DNA of 19,024 bases, taken from the NCBI GenBank assembly GCA_964247525.1, contig CAXTUZ010000020.1:1-19024 (forward strand). Reading direction: 5' to 3'. A program made the position numbers and the translations under genes. Shown here piece after piece: positions 1 to 10,600 of this stretch. The stretch comes from an uncultured bacterium. Its GTDB lineage: Bacteria; Actinomycetota; Actinomycetes; Mycobacteriales; CAJCIY01. Numbering within the stretch: the stretch's first letter is position 1; every line of letters begins with the position of its first letter. Below the pieces are notes generated by a model. It searched no databases and was not told where the DNA came from. It saw only the letters and a program-made list of their open reading frames with translations.

Positions 1-1
1 G

Positions 2-502
2 ACCCCGGGTGATCGCGTCGAGCATGCAGCCGTGGCGGGGCCGGCCGAAGCAGCGGCGATGGCTGAACTGGGCTTGCTGGTCGTGACCCAGCCCTCGCTC
101 GTCGCACGGCGCGGGGCTTCGTACGCGAGCGACGTCGAACCTGCCGATCGCGAGGACCTGTGGCCCTACGCGTCCCTGCTGGGCCAGGGCGTACCGGTCG
201 TCTGCTCCTCGGACGCGCCGTACGGTGATCTCGATCCCTGGGCCACCATCCGAGCCGCACGCGACCGGGCCACCCCCGGCGGGGTCGTCGTGGGGACGGC
301 GGAGCGGGTATCTGCGGCGACCGCCCTGCATTCCATGCTGAGCGATCCGCGCGCGCCGGGGGGGCCGGCGCGCCGAGTCGTTCCCGGCGCCGAGGGCAGC
401 CTCGTCGTGCTCCGGACGAGCCTCGACGAGGCGCGGGCCGAGCCGGACGCGGACCTCGTCCGGCACACCTTCTGCGCGGGTCGCCTGACTGCTAGCGTCT
501 GA
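2..502 (+). CDS. Amidohydrolase-family protein, C-terminal part (5' end lies outside window)
   Basis: Frame is open from position 2 with no upstream stop. The C-terminal region (…VVCSSDAPYGDLDPW…) resembles the metal-dependent amidohydrolase C-terminus. Stop TGA at 500-502. Confidence 0.55.
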   Translation, partial: TPGDRVEHAAVAGPAEAAAMAELGLLVVTQPSLVARRGASYASDVEPADREDLWPYASLLGQGVPVVCSSDAPYGDLDPWATIRAARDRATPGGVVVGTAERVSAATALHSMLSDPRAPGGPARRVVPGAEGSLVVLRTSLDEARAEPDADLVRHTFCAGRLTASV

Positions 503-554
503 CGGCCAACGCAGACTCCGGCCGCCATGCGCCGCTGCACGGAAGGGGACACCG

Positions 555-2018
555 ATGGCGGTGACCGAAGCGCCCGTGGAGATCCTCCCGCAGGCGGCGC
601 TGCTGATCGGTGATCAGCACATCACCGACAGCACCGGCGGTCCGTACGACCACATCTACGCCGCGAACGGCAAGGTCACCGCGACCCTCCCGCTCGCCGG
701 AGCATCCGAGGTGGATGCGGCTGTCGCGGCGGCACGGGCGGCACTTCCGTCGTGGAAGGGGATGCGGGCCGACGCCCGCCGCCGGTTGCTTCTCGCCGTG
801 GCCACCCTGCTCCGGGAGCACCACGAAGAGTTCGGGAAGATCGCCGTGATCGACAACGGCGCGCCGATCGCGGGAGCGGCACTGTCACCGAACACCGCCG
901 CGGACATGTGGGAGTACAACGCGGGGTGGGCCGACAAGATCGGTGGCGAGGTCGTCCCGACGTGGCGCGCCCCGGCGCTCGACTACACGCTGGAAGAACC
1001 GTTCGGCGTGGTCGCGATCATCTTCCCGTGGAACGGCCCGCTGGTGTCGCTCGGGCTTTCCCTCGGGCCGGCGCTCGCCGCCGGGAACACGATCGTGCTG
1101 AAGCCACCGGAGCTCGCGCCCTGGATCGCGCTCCGGATGGGCCAGCTGTTCCTCGAGGCGGGTTTCCCACCGGGCGTCGTCAACGTGATCCCCGGCGGCC
1201 CGGAGGGTGGTGCGGCCCTCGTTCGCCATCCCGGTGTCGACAAGATCCATTTCACCGGGAGCGGCGCGACCGCCGCCCACATCCTCGCCGGAGCGCAGGA
1301 GAACCTCACCCCGGTCGGTCTCGAGTTGGGTGGCAAGAGCGCCAACCTGATCTTCGCGGACGCCGACCTGCCGCGCGCCGTCGCGCAGGCGATTCGCGCG
1401 GTCACGATCATGTCCGGTCAGGGCTGCATCAACGGGACCCGCGTGCTCGTGGAGTCCGCGGTGTACGACGAGGTCGTTGCTCTCGCGACGCAGTCGCTGG
1501 CCGCGGTGAAGATGGGCGATCCGTTCGACCCCGGCACGGTGATGGGCCCTGTTGTCAACGAGGCGGCCGCGAACCGGATCGTCGGCATGATCGAGAAGGC
1601 CAAGGAGTCCAGTGCCCGGCTCGTCCTCGGCGGCACGCGCTCCGGCGGCGACCTGGCCGACGGGTACTTCATCGAGCCGACCGTGTTCGCCGACGTCGAC
1701 AACGGCGACTACATCGCGCAGAACGAGGTGTTCGGCCCGGTTCTCGCGCTCATGAAGTTCGATACCGAGGAGCAGGCGATCGCGCTCGCGAACGACACCC
1801 CGTTCGGCCTCGCCGCGTACGTCTCGTGCAACGACCTCGCCAAGACCCACCGCGTGGCCGCCGCGCTCGAGGCAGGCAACATCTGGGTCAACGGTTTCGC
1901 CGGGCTCATGTCCTCGGCTCCGTTCGGTGGCATCAAGCAGAGCGGAGTCGGCCGCCTCGGTGGCCGGGAGGGAATTCGCGAGTTCACCCGACCGAAGAAC
2001 ATCTGGATCGCGCTCTGA
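555..2018 (+). CDS. NAD(P)-dependent aldehyde dehydrogenase
   Basis: 487 aa. ALDH hallmarks: ELGGKSANLIF glutamate-active-site motif, GQGCINGTRVLV catalytic Cys, FTGSGATA. RBS GAAGGGGA precedes the ATG at 555. Confidence 0.9.
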   Translation: MAVTEAPVEILPQAALLIGDQHITDSTGGPYDHIYAANGKVTATLPLAGASEVDAAVAAARAALPSWKGMRADARRRLLLAVATLLREHHEEFGKIAVIDNGAPIAGAALSPNTAADMWEYNAGWADKIGGEVVPTWRAPALDYTLEEPFGVVAIIFPWNGPLVSLGLSLGPALAAGNTIVLKPPELAPWIALRMGQLFLEAGFPPGVVNVIPGGPEGGAALVRHPGVDKIHFTGSGATAAHILAGAQENLTPVGLELGGKSANLIFADADLPRAVAQAIRAVTIMSGQGCINGTRVLVESAVYDEVVALATQSLAAVKMGDPFDPGTVMGPVVNEAAANRIVGMIEKAKESSARLVLGGTRSGGDLADGYFIEPTVFADVDNGDYIAQNEVFGPVLALMKFDTEEQAIALANDTPFGLAAYVSCNDLAKTHRVAAALEAGNIWVNGFAGLMSSAPFGGIKQSGVGRLGGREGIREFTRPKNIWIAL

Positions 2019-2053
2019 CGACCCGGTCCGGCGGCACGAGCAAGGGAGGATCC

Positions 2054-4516
<2,463 letters not shown>

Positions 4517-4639
4517 CCCGGTGTACTTGCGCCCGCCGCGGCGCGGTTCGATGATGGCGGGCGCGTGTACATCCGGCTCGTGCCGCACGTCGCGCATCTC
4601 GTCACGCTCGCGCGCACTGCGCGTACCGAGGGAGAACAC

Positions 4640-4906
4640 ATGGTCGCCGCACACGTCGTCGAGTCGGCCTTGGACGTCCTGCGCCCCGGTCTGGCCGCCG
4701 ACGGTTTCGACCTGCGCGCCGGCACACAACGAGGCGCGGGCGTCGTCGAAGTGGTTCTCGAAGCAAAGCCCGATGCGTGCCTCGACTGCCTGGTTCCCGA
4801 CGATCTGTTGGTCCAAATCCTCGACGAGGCCATCCGTTCGCAGGACTCCTCCTTGGGACGCGTCGATCTGGTCAAGCAAGGATTCGACGCCGTGGAAGCG
4901 CACTAG
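4640..4906 (+). CDS. Small Nfu/NifU-C-terminal-like protein with CxxC motif
   Basis: 88 aa. The …ADGFDL…GVVEVVLEAKPDACLDCLVPDDLLVQILDEAI… pattern resembles the Nfu scaffold domain (…ADGGDVEL…VVKVRLQGACGSC…). Strong RBS GAGGGAGA 5 nt before the ATG at 4640. The upstream GTG start at 4565 is less likely. Confidence 0.55.
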   Translation: MVAAHVVESALDVLRPGLAADGFDLRAGTQRGAGVVEVVLEAKPDACLDCLVPDDLLVQILDEAIRSQDSSLGRVDLVKQGFDAVEAH

Positions 4907-4923
4907 CCACAAGGAAGGTCGGC

Positions 4924-5499
4924 ATGAACATGCACCGCACATCGGAGACCTACAAAGTACTCGCGCCGACCGGTTCGACCGAGCCGGCGAAGGTTCAGGC
5001 GGCGCCGCTGGGTGACCTGAACGGCAAGAGAATCATCGAGTTGTGGGATTACCTGTTCGGCGGCGACGCGATGCTCGAGATCATCAACGCCGAGCTCCGC
5101 TCCCGATTCCCGTCGGTCGACATCGTCGAGTACACCGAGGTCGGCAACATTCACGGCGTCGACGAGCTCGATGTGGTCGAGACGATCCCCGGCATCCTCA
5201 GTGACAAGGAGTGCGACGGGGCGATAGTCCTCGTAGCGGCTTGAGGCAGCTGTACGGCCGCCGTGTTGCGGTCCAGTGCAATTGTCGAACGGTCCGGGGT
5301 TCGCGCCGTACCTGTTGTCGCAACGAGCTTCATGGGTCAGGCCAAAGCGATCGCACGACTCGAAGGGTTCCCCGACATCGCCATGGCCGAGTACCCGGGC
5401 CACCCCGCGGCCGATGATGCCGAGGTGACCAGAGCCAAGCTGATCGACGGCGTGATTCCGGCGATCGTCGCAGCCTTGTCCGGACCTGACTATGAGTGA
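4924..5499 (+). CDS. Candidate selenoprotein, 'UGSC'-motif family; in-frame TGA at 5242-5244 recoded as selenocysteine
   Basis: RBS AAGGAAGG is followed by ATG at 4924. The frame is open to a single TGA at 5242-5244, immediately followed by GGC AGC TGT (G-S-C), and then stays open for 84 more codons to TGA at 5497-5499. Track ORFs 4777..5244 and 5263..5499 are in the same frame. Local peptide reads …DGAIVLVAA-U-GSCTAAVLRS…. The next gene starts inside its last 8 nt, indicating a real, translated 3' part. Confidence 0.65.
5242..5244 (+). other. In-frame UGA, putative selenocysteine codon (recoding site)
   Basis: Only stop codon in 576 nt of a continuous, coding-like frame. It sits in an A-A-U-G-S-C context; Cys-containing relatives would be expected to read CGSC. 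Confidence 0.6.
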
Positions 5500-6709
5500 G
5501 GTGGACGCGCACCTAGGCGATATCGCGTTCGAAGGAACATTTGCGCAGGTGCAAGAACACTTCCTTGCCAAAGGCTGGTCCGACGGGCTGCCGGTAGTTC
5601 CGCCGACGGCGGAGGCGGTCGGCGCTTTTCTTGCTTTTACCGACCTTGCAGCCGATGACACGTTGGGAATGATCCGCCCGTCCCGAGCCCAGGTCACGCT
5701 CACGTCGGTCGCGGTGAACGGGGTCATGGCCGGGTGCCGGCCGGAATACATGCCGATTCTTGTCGCGATCGCTCGTATCCTCGTCGACCCTGAGTTCTGG
5801 ACGAAGGACGCGGGCGCGACCCCGGGCATGGAGCCGATCGTCGTCGTCAGCGGGCCGCTGATCGAGGCCCTGGAGTTCAACTATCTGCAAGGCGTGCTGC
5901 GGATCGGGCGCCAGGCGAACGCATCGATCGGGCGCTTCACCCGGCTGTTCATGCGGAACGTGGCCGAGCTGCGGATACCGCCGGGGAACACCGACAAAGG
6001 TGCGATCGGCATGAACTTCCACGTGGCCCTGCCGGAGAACGAGGCCGCCGTACGAGCCTTGGGATGGCCCACCTTCGGCGACGAACACGGCTGCCCGCCG
6101 GGGGCAAATCTCGTCACGATTCTCGGGCTCCTGTGTTCCACCGCGCCGATCTACACGGCGGGTGAGGATCCCAAGGTTCATCTCGACAAGATCGCCCTGT
6201 TCCTCGGCGACCTGTCGGCGTCGTGGGTCGGAGTGTCGTTGTTGTTTCCCGGTCACTGGCATCCGCTGCTCGTGCTCAGTCCGCAGACGGCCCGCATTCT
6301 CGCAGCGGGTGGATACGACAAGCCGGCAATTCGGCGGTACCTCCACGAGAAGGTGTGGATCTCTCCCCGGAAGCTCGTGGATTACTGGGCGACGGGCGAG
6401 CGCGGGCCGGATGTGTTCGTACCGGAGCCCAATTTCTCCGGAGCGAACAGGGAGGCGTTGGCGGCGGCGTTTCCGGGTCTGCAGGAAGCACTCTCGGCGG
6501 ACGTACTCAGCGAAGAAGCCACGGTGCCGGTGTTCCCCTGGCCCGAGCAGATCGAGATCGTCCTCGCGGGGGAACCGCGCTATCACCAGTCCCGCGGATA
6601 TCTCACGAACCATCGGTTCGGGACGCCGGTGAGCCAGGTGGTCGAGCTGCCCCAACGATGGGACGAGCTCTTCGCGGACGCCCTGACCCGGTGGGCTGCG
6701 CTGGCCTGA
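5492..6709 (+). CDS. Hypothetical protein (405 aa), translationally coupled to the candidate selenoprotein
   Basis: ATG at 5492 overlaps the upstream stop by 8 nt (ATGAGTGA). Coding-like throughout (…GWSDGLPVVPPTAEAVGAF…, …GANLVTILGLLCSTAPIYTAGEDPK…). I cannot assign it to a family from sequence alone. The antisense ORF 5513..6655 is a shadow. Confidence 0.7.
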   Translation: MSEVDAHLGDIAFEGTFAQVQEHFLAKGWSDGLPVVPPTAEAVGAFLAFTDLAADDTLGMIRPSRAQVTLTSVAVNGVMAGCRPEYMPILVAIARILVDPEFWTKDAGATPGMEPIVVVSGPLIEALEFNYLQGVLRIGRQANASIGRFTRLFMRNVAELRIPPGNTDKGAIGMNFHVALPENEAAVRALGWPTFGDEHGCPPGANLVTILGLLCSTAPIYTAGEDPKVHLDKIALFLGDLSASWVGVSLLFPGHWHPLLVLSPQTARILAAGGYDKPAIRRYLHEKVWISPRKLVDYWATGERGPDVFVPEPNFSGANREALAAAFPGLQEALSADVLSEEATVPVFPWPEQIEIVLAGEPRYHQSRGYLTNHRFGTPVSQVVELPQRWDELFADALTRWAALA

Positions 6710-6842
6710 GGGTCAGAGCTTCGAGCGCCGTCACTCCGCGGGTAGCTCTGCGCGTCGCTGGTCCCGAATGCGCCGTGTCGCTGGCCGCCGCCACCGGCTG
6801 ACACGACGTTACGCTGCGATGACGCGCCTGAAGGAGACACCG

Positions 6843-8036
6843 ATGACCTGGAATCGCGACAGTACGGCGATCGTCGGCATCGGGTCGACAGACTTCTCGC
6901 GGAACTCCGGTCGAAGCGAGCTGAGGCTCGCGGTCGAGGCGAGCGGCGCGGCGCTCGAGGACGCCGGCATCGATGTTCGGAGCGTCGACGGCATCGTCCG
7001 CTGCGAGGCCGATCGGGTGTGGCACAACGACCTGGCTGAAGCGCTGGGAATCCCGAATCTCACCTATTGGGGCGCGTGCGGGCCGGGCGGCGTGTCGCCG
7101 GCGGGGCAGATCGCGCAGGCGGTCGGCGCGATCTGCAGTGGGCAGGCCTCGGTCGTCCTGTGCATCCGGGCCCTCAACGGCTACTCCGATCTCCGGATCG
7201 GGAGCATGACCAAGACAGCCGGCCCGATCACTGCCGGCGGTAACGGCAGCTACGACGAGTTCTACGCGCCGTACGGATTCGGCGGCGCTCCGGCCGCGGC
7301 GTACGCCATGGCGGCGCGGCGCCACATGATCGAGTACGGGACCACCGAGGAGCAGCTCGGCCGGATCGCCCTCGTTTGTCGGGAGAACGCGAACCGCAAT
7401 CCGCGGGCCCAGATGTACGAGCGGCGGATGACGATGGCGGACTACCTCGACAGCCCCAAGGTCGCCACTCCGCTCAAGCGCTTCGACTGCTGCCTTCAGA
7501 CGGACGGCGCCTGCGCGGTTGTGGTGACGAGCGCCGAGCGTGCTCGCGACTCGGCCCGGACGCCCGCGTACATTCGGGCAGTCGCCATGGGCAGCGGACC
7601 GCGCCCTGGTTTCGGCATGATCGACACGGTGCTGGCGCGCGAGAGCATCACCTCGTGGCCCTCGCGCTTCGCCGCCCGGACCCTCTACGAGCGGGCTGGT
7701 CTCGGTCCCGCCGATATCGATGTGGCGCAACTCTACGATTGCTTCACGATCACGGTCCTGATCCAGATCGAGGACTACGGATTCTGCGCGAAGGGCGACG
7801 GCGGTCCGTTCGTTGAGAGCGGCGCTATCGCCCGCGACGGCAGCATTCCCATCAACACCGCCGGCGGTCAGCTGTCCGAGGGCTACATCCCGGGCATGAA
7901 CGCGATCGTGGAAGGCGTCCGCCAGATCCGCGGGACATCCACCACCCAGATCGCCGGCGCACAGACGTGCCTCGTCACCTCCGGTACCCCACCGCCCACC
8001 GGCGCCATGATCCTGGTCGGGGAGGGAGCACGGTGA
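6843..8036 (+). CDS. Thiolase-like lipid-transfer protein (Ltp / SCP-x-type thiolase family)
   Basis: RBS AAGGAGA precedes the ATG at 6843. Thiolase-fold signatures: IVGIGSTDFSRNSGRSE, ALVCRENANRNPRAQ, C-terminal NTAGGQLSEGYIPGMNAIVEGVRQIRG. Confidence 0.85.
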   Translation: MTWNRDSTAIVGIGSTDFSRNSGRSELRLAVEASGAALEDAGIDVRSVDGIVRCEADRVWHNDLAEALGIPNLTYWGACGPGGVSPAGQIAQAVGAICSGQASVVLCIRALNGYSDLRIGSMTKTAGPITAGGNGSYDEFYAPYGFGGAPAAAYAMAARRHMIEYGTTEEQLGRIALVCRENANRNPRAQMYERRMTMADYLDSPKVATPLKRFDCCLQTDGACAVVVTSAERARDSARTPAYIRAVAMGSGPRPGFGMIDTVLARESITSWPSRFAARTLYERAGLGPADIDVAQLYDCFTITVLIQIEDYGFCAKGDGGPFVESGAIARDGSIPINTAGGQLSEGYIPGMNAIVEGVRQIRGTSTTQIAGAQTCLVTSGTPPPTGAMILVGEGAR

Positions 8037-8434
8037 ACCTGGTCGTACCGGCCACCGACTGGCCCGAGACCGCGGGCTTCTTCTCCGCGGCCGCGCAGGG
8101 ACAGCTCGCCGTGCGCGCCTGCCGCACCTGCGGGCGCCTGCTGCACCTGCCACGGAGCATCTGCTCGGAGTGCGGGAGCGCCGACCTCGAGTGGCGGCAG
8201 GTGTCCGGACGCGCGCATCTCTACTCCTGGACGACGATCTACCTCCGTCATCCTTCCTTCGCCTCACCCTTCACGATGGTGTTGGTCGAACTCGACGACG
8301 CTCCCGGTGTTCGGCTGGTGGGCCGACTTCCGGGCGAACCGCCGCTCGAGGTGGGAATGCCGATGCAGGCCTGGTTCGAGATGCTCGAGGGCGGGGCTAT
8401 GTTGCCGCAATTCGCCCCGGTCGGAAGGGACTGA
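8033..8434 (+). CDS. Zn-ribbon/OB-fold protein (DUF35 family), partner of the Ltp thiolase-like protein
   Basis: GTG start overlaps the Ltp stop (GTGA). Zn-ribbon CRTCGRLLHLPRSICSECGS is followed by an OB-fold region (HLYSWTTIYL…MVLVELDD…VRLVGRL). This is the typical Ltp-DUF35 gene pair. Confidence 0.8.
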   Translation: MNLVVPATDWPETAGFFSAAAQGQLAVRACRTCGRLLHLPRSICSECGSADLEWRQVSGRAHLYSWTTIYLRHPSFASPFTMVLVELDDAPGVRLVGRLPGEPPLEVGMPMQAWFEMLEGGAMLPQFAPVGRD

Positions 8435-8441
8435 CATAGCA

Positions 8442-9899
8442 GTGCTCGCCGCGCCGACTCACGTGTTGCCACGCGCCGCGTTGCTGATCGGGGATCAGCG
8501 GCTGACCGACACGAGTGCGGGCTGGTACGACCACATCTACGCCGCGAACGGCAAGGTCACCGCCTCGGTCCCGCTTGCCGGAGCCCGGGAGGTCGACCTC
8601 GCGGTGCGGGCCGCTCGCTCTGCGCTTCCTGCGTGGCGGGCGCTGCCGGCGGGAACCAGGCGGAGCCTGCTGCTTCGGCTGGCCACGCTGTTGCGCGAGC
8701 GCCGGAGCGACTTTGCGACGGTCTTCGTCATCGACAACGGCGCGCCGCTCGCGGCGGCGAAAGGGACCCCCGCGCGGACCGCTGACCTGTTCGAGTATCA
8801 CGCCGGGTGGGCCGACAAGATCAGCGGGGAAGTAGTCCCGGCGTGGCCGAGGCCTGCCTTGGACTACACAACGCGTGAGCCCTTCGGTGTCGTGGCGATC
8901 ATGTCGCCCTGGAACGGACCGCTGCTGTCGCTGGGAACGCGGGTGGCGCCGGCGCTCGCTGCCGGCAACACGGTGGTCCTCAAGCCTTCGGAGATCGCGC
9001 CGTGGAGCGCCCTCGCGTTGGGAGAGCTGTGTGGTGAGGCGGGCTTCCCACCCGGCGTCGTGAACGTGATTCCGAGTGGTCCCGAGGGCGGCGCGGCGCT
9101 CGTACGACATCGGGGCGTGGACAAGGTCCACTTCACCGGCAGCGGGGCGACGGCGAAGCACGTCCTGGCCGGCGCGCGGGAGAACCTCACTCCGGTGGGC
9201 CTGGAGCTGGGCGGGAAGAGTGCGAACGTGATCTTCGGGGACGCCGATCTCCCCCGGGCGGTTTCGCAGGCCATCAGCGCGGTCACGGTCCTGTCCGGCC
9301 AGGCCTGTATCAGTGGAAGCCGGGTGCTGGTCGAGGCATCCGTCTACGACGAGGTGGTCGCCATGACCGCGGATGCGCTTGCCGCCAAGAAGATGGGCGA
9401 TCCGCTCGATCCGAGCACGGTGATGGGCCCGGTGGTCAATCAGACCGCAGTGGATCGAATTCTCAGCATGATCGACCGTGCCAAAGGCTCGTCCGCGCGG
9501 CTCGTCCTCGGCGGGGAACGACTCGGCGGCGACCTTTCCGACGGCTACTTCGTCGCGCCGACGATCTTTGCTGACGTCGACAACCACGACGACCTTGCCC
9601 GGCACGAGGTGTTCGGCCCGGTGCTCTCGATGCTCCGGTTCGAGACCGAGGCCGAGGCGGTGGCAATCGCGAACGACACTTCGTACGGGCTCGCCGGTTA
9701 TCTCTGGACCAACGATCTCCAGCGTGCCCATCGGGTCGCCGCGGCGCTGGAGACCGGCATCATCTGGGTCAACGGATTCGACGGAATTCCGGCGGGCGCG
9801 CCGTTCGGGGGCGTCAAGCAGAGCGGGCACGGACGGCTCGGCGGCATCGACGCGATCCGCGAGTTCAGTTACGTCAAGAACGTCTGGATCGGTCTCTGA
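8442..9899 (+). CDS. NAD(P)-dependent aldehyde dehydrogenase (paralog of 555..2018)
   Basis: Collinear and roughly 65-70% identical to the first ALDH by eye (LLIGDQ…YDHIYAANGKVTA…PLAGA; ELGGKSANVIF; GQACISGSRVLV). Start is assigned to the GTG at 8442 after RBS GGAAGGGA; the GTG/TTG codons at 8463-8466 are alternatives. Confidence 0.85.
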   Translation: MLAAPTHVLPRAALLIGDQRLTDTSAGWYDHIYAANGKVTASVPLAGAREVDLAVRAARSALPAWRALPAGTRRSLLLRLATLLRERRSDFATVFVIDNGAPLAAAKGTPARTADLFEYHAGWADKISGEVVPAWPRPALDYTTREPFGVVAIMSPWNGPLLSLGTRVAPALAAGNTVVLKPSEIAPWSALALGELCGEAGFPPGVVNVIPSGPEGGAALVRHRGVDKVHFTGSGATAKHVLAGARENLTPVGLELGGKSANVIFGDADLPRAVSQAISAVTVLSGQACISGSRVLVEASVYDEVVAMTADALAAKKMGDPLDPSTVMGPVVNQTAVDRILSMIDRAKGSSARLVLGGERLGGDLSDGYFVAPTIFADVDNHDDLARHEVFGPVLSMLRFETEAEAVAIANDTSYGLAGYLWTNDLQRAHRVAAALETGIIWVNGFDGIPAGAPFGGVKQSGHGRLGGIDAIREFSYVKNVWIGL

Positions 9900-9908
9900 A
9901 CACGGGTT

Positions 9909-10568
9909 TCAGCACACGAGGGCGACGGCGAAGCCGTCCCAGCCCTTGCTTCCCACGGTCTGCAGCGCGGTGCCATCGAGGCGCGGATCGGTGGCGATGA
10001 GGTCGAGAGCCGCACGCGTGCCCAGGACGTCGGCGTCCCCGCCGACACCGTCGAGCACTCTGCCGTCGCGAACGACGTTGTCGACGACGATGACGCTGCC
10101 CGGGTGGGTGAGCGTTATCGCATGGGTGACGTACTGCGCGTTGTTGCGTTTGTCCGCGTCGATGAAGACCAGGTCGTACGGGTCGGTGCCGGCGAGCTGG
10201 GGCAGCAGGTCGAGGGCTGCGCCCACCTTGATGTCGACGATGTCGCCGAGGCCGGCGCTGATGATCGAGGACCTGGCCACGGCGGCGTGGGCCGGATCGA
10301 TCTCGAGGGTGGTCAGGAGCCCCTCGGCGGGCAGGGCCCGGGCGAGCCAGATCGAGCTGTAACCGCCGAGCGTTCCGACCTCGAGAATCCTGCGCGCCCG
10401 CAGCATCTTCGCCAGCAGGTGCAGGAACTTTCCCTGGGTCGGCGACACCGCGATGGGAGGGAGACCGGCATGCGTCGCGGCCGCGAGCGCTCCTGCGAGC
10501 GCCGCGTCGTCCGGGGCGAGCAGTCCACTCAGATAGTCGTCGACCTCGTCCCACGATTGCGGTGACAT
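9909..10568 (-). CDS. Class I SAM-dependent O-methyltransferase (family 3, caffeoyl-CoA OMT-like)
   Basis: LEVGTLGGYSSIWLA and VFIDADKRNN motifs. ATG (MSPQSWDE…) at 10568 with GGAGG ~10 nt upstream. The TTG at 10595 in the track is less likely. Confidence 0.85.
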   Translation of the reverse strand: MSPQSWDEVDDYLSGLLAPDDAALAGALAAATHAGLPPIAVSPTQGKFLHLLAKMLRARRILEVGTLGGYSSIWLARALPAEGLLTTLEIDPAHAAVARSSIISAGLGDIVDIKVGAALDLLPQLAGTDPYDLVFIDADKRNNAQYVTHAITLTHPGSVIVVDNVVRDGRVLDGVGGDADVLGTRAALDLIATDPRLDGTALQTVGSKGWDGFAVALVC

Positions 10569-10600
10569 GGCGGTCGAGCCTCCAGAGCGCGGCAACGGGC

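Noticed and set aside
4777-4923. Upstream in-frame extension of the selenoprotein ORF (M at 4777)
   Set aside because: This segment overlaps the end of the Nfu-like gene in another frame and encodes an Arg-rich peptide (MPRLPGSRRSVGPNPRRG…). The ATG at 4924 has a canonical AAGGAAGG SD, so 4924 is taken as the start.
5242-5244. Alternative reading of the TGA as a genuine stop (pseudogene, or two separate genes 4924..5244 and 5263..5499)
   Set aside because: Not fully excluded. It is disfavoured because the downstream 84 codons are in the same frame, with no independent RBS or ATG (only a GTG at 5263). The TGA is followed exactly by GSC, giving a U-x-x-C redox motif. The next gene is coupled to the far stop at 5499.
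5513-6655. 380-aa antisense ORF inside the 405-aa gene
   Set aside because: Arg/Pro/Gly-rich 'shadow' ORF, typical of the antisense strand in high-GC DNA. No RBS or start context. The sense-strand gene is translationally coupled to its neighbour.
6603-8267. 554-aa minus-strand ORF across the Ltp/DUF35 genes
   Set aside because: Antisense shadow of two well-supported plus-strand genes. Low-complexity Arg/Ala/Gly translation.
8397-9830. 477-aa minus-strand ORF opposite the second ALDH
   Set aside because: Antisense shadow of a strongly supported ALDH. The same pattern occurs opposite the first ALDH (885..1850).
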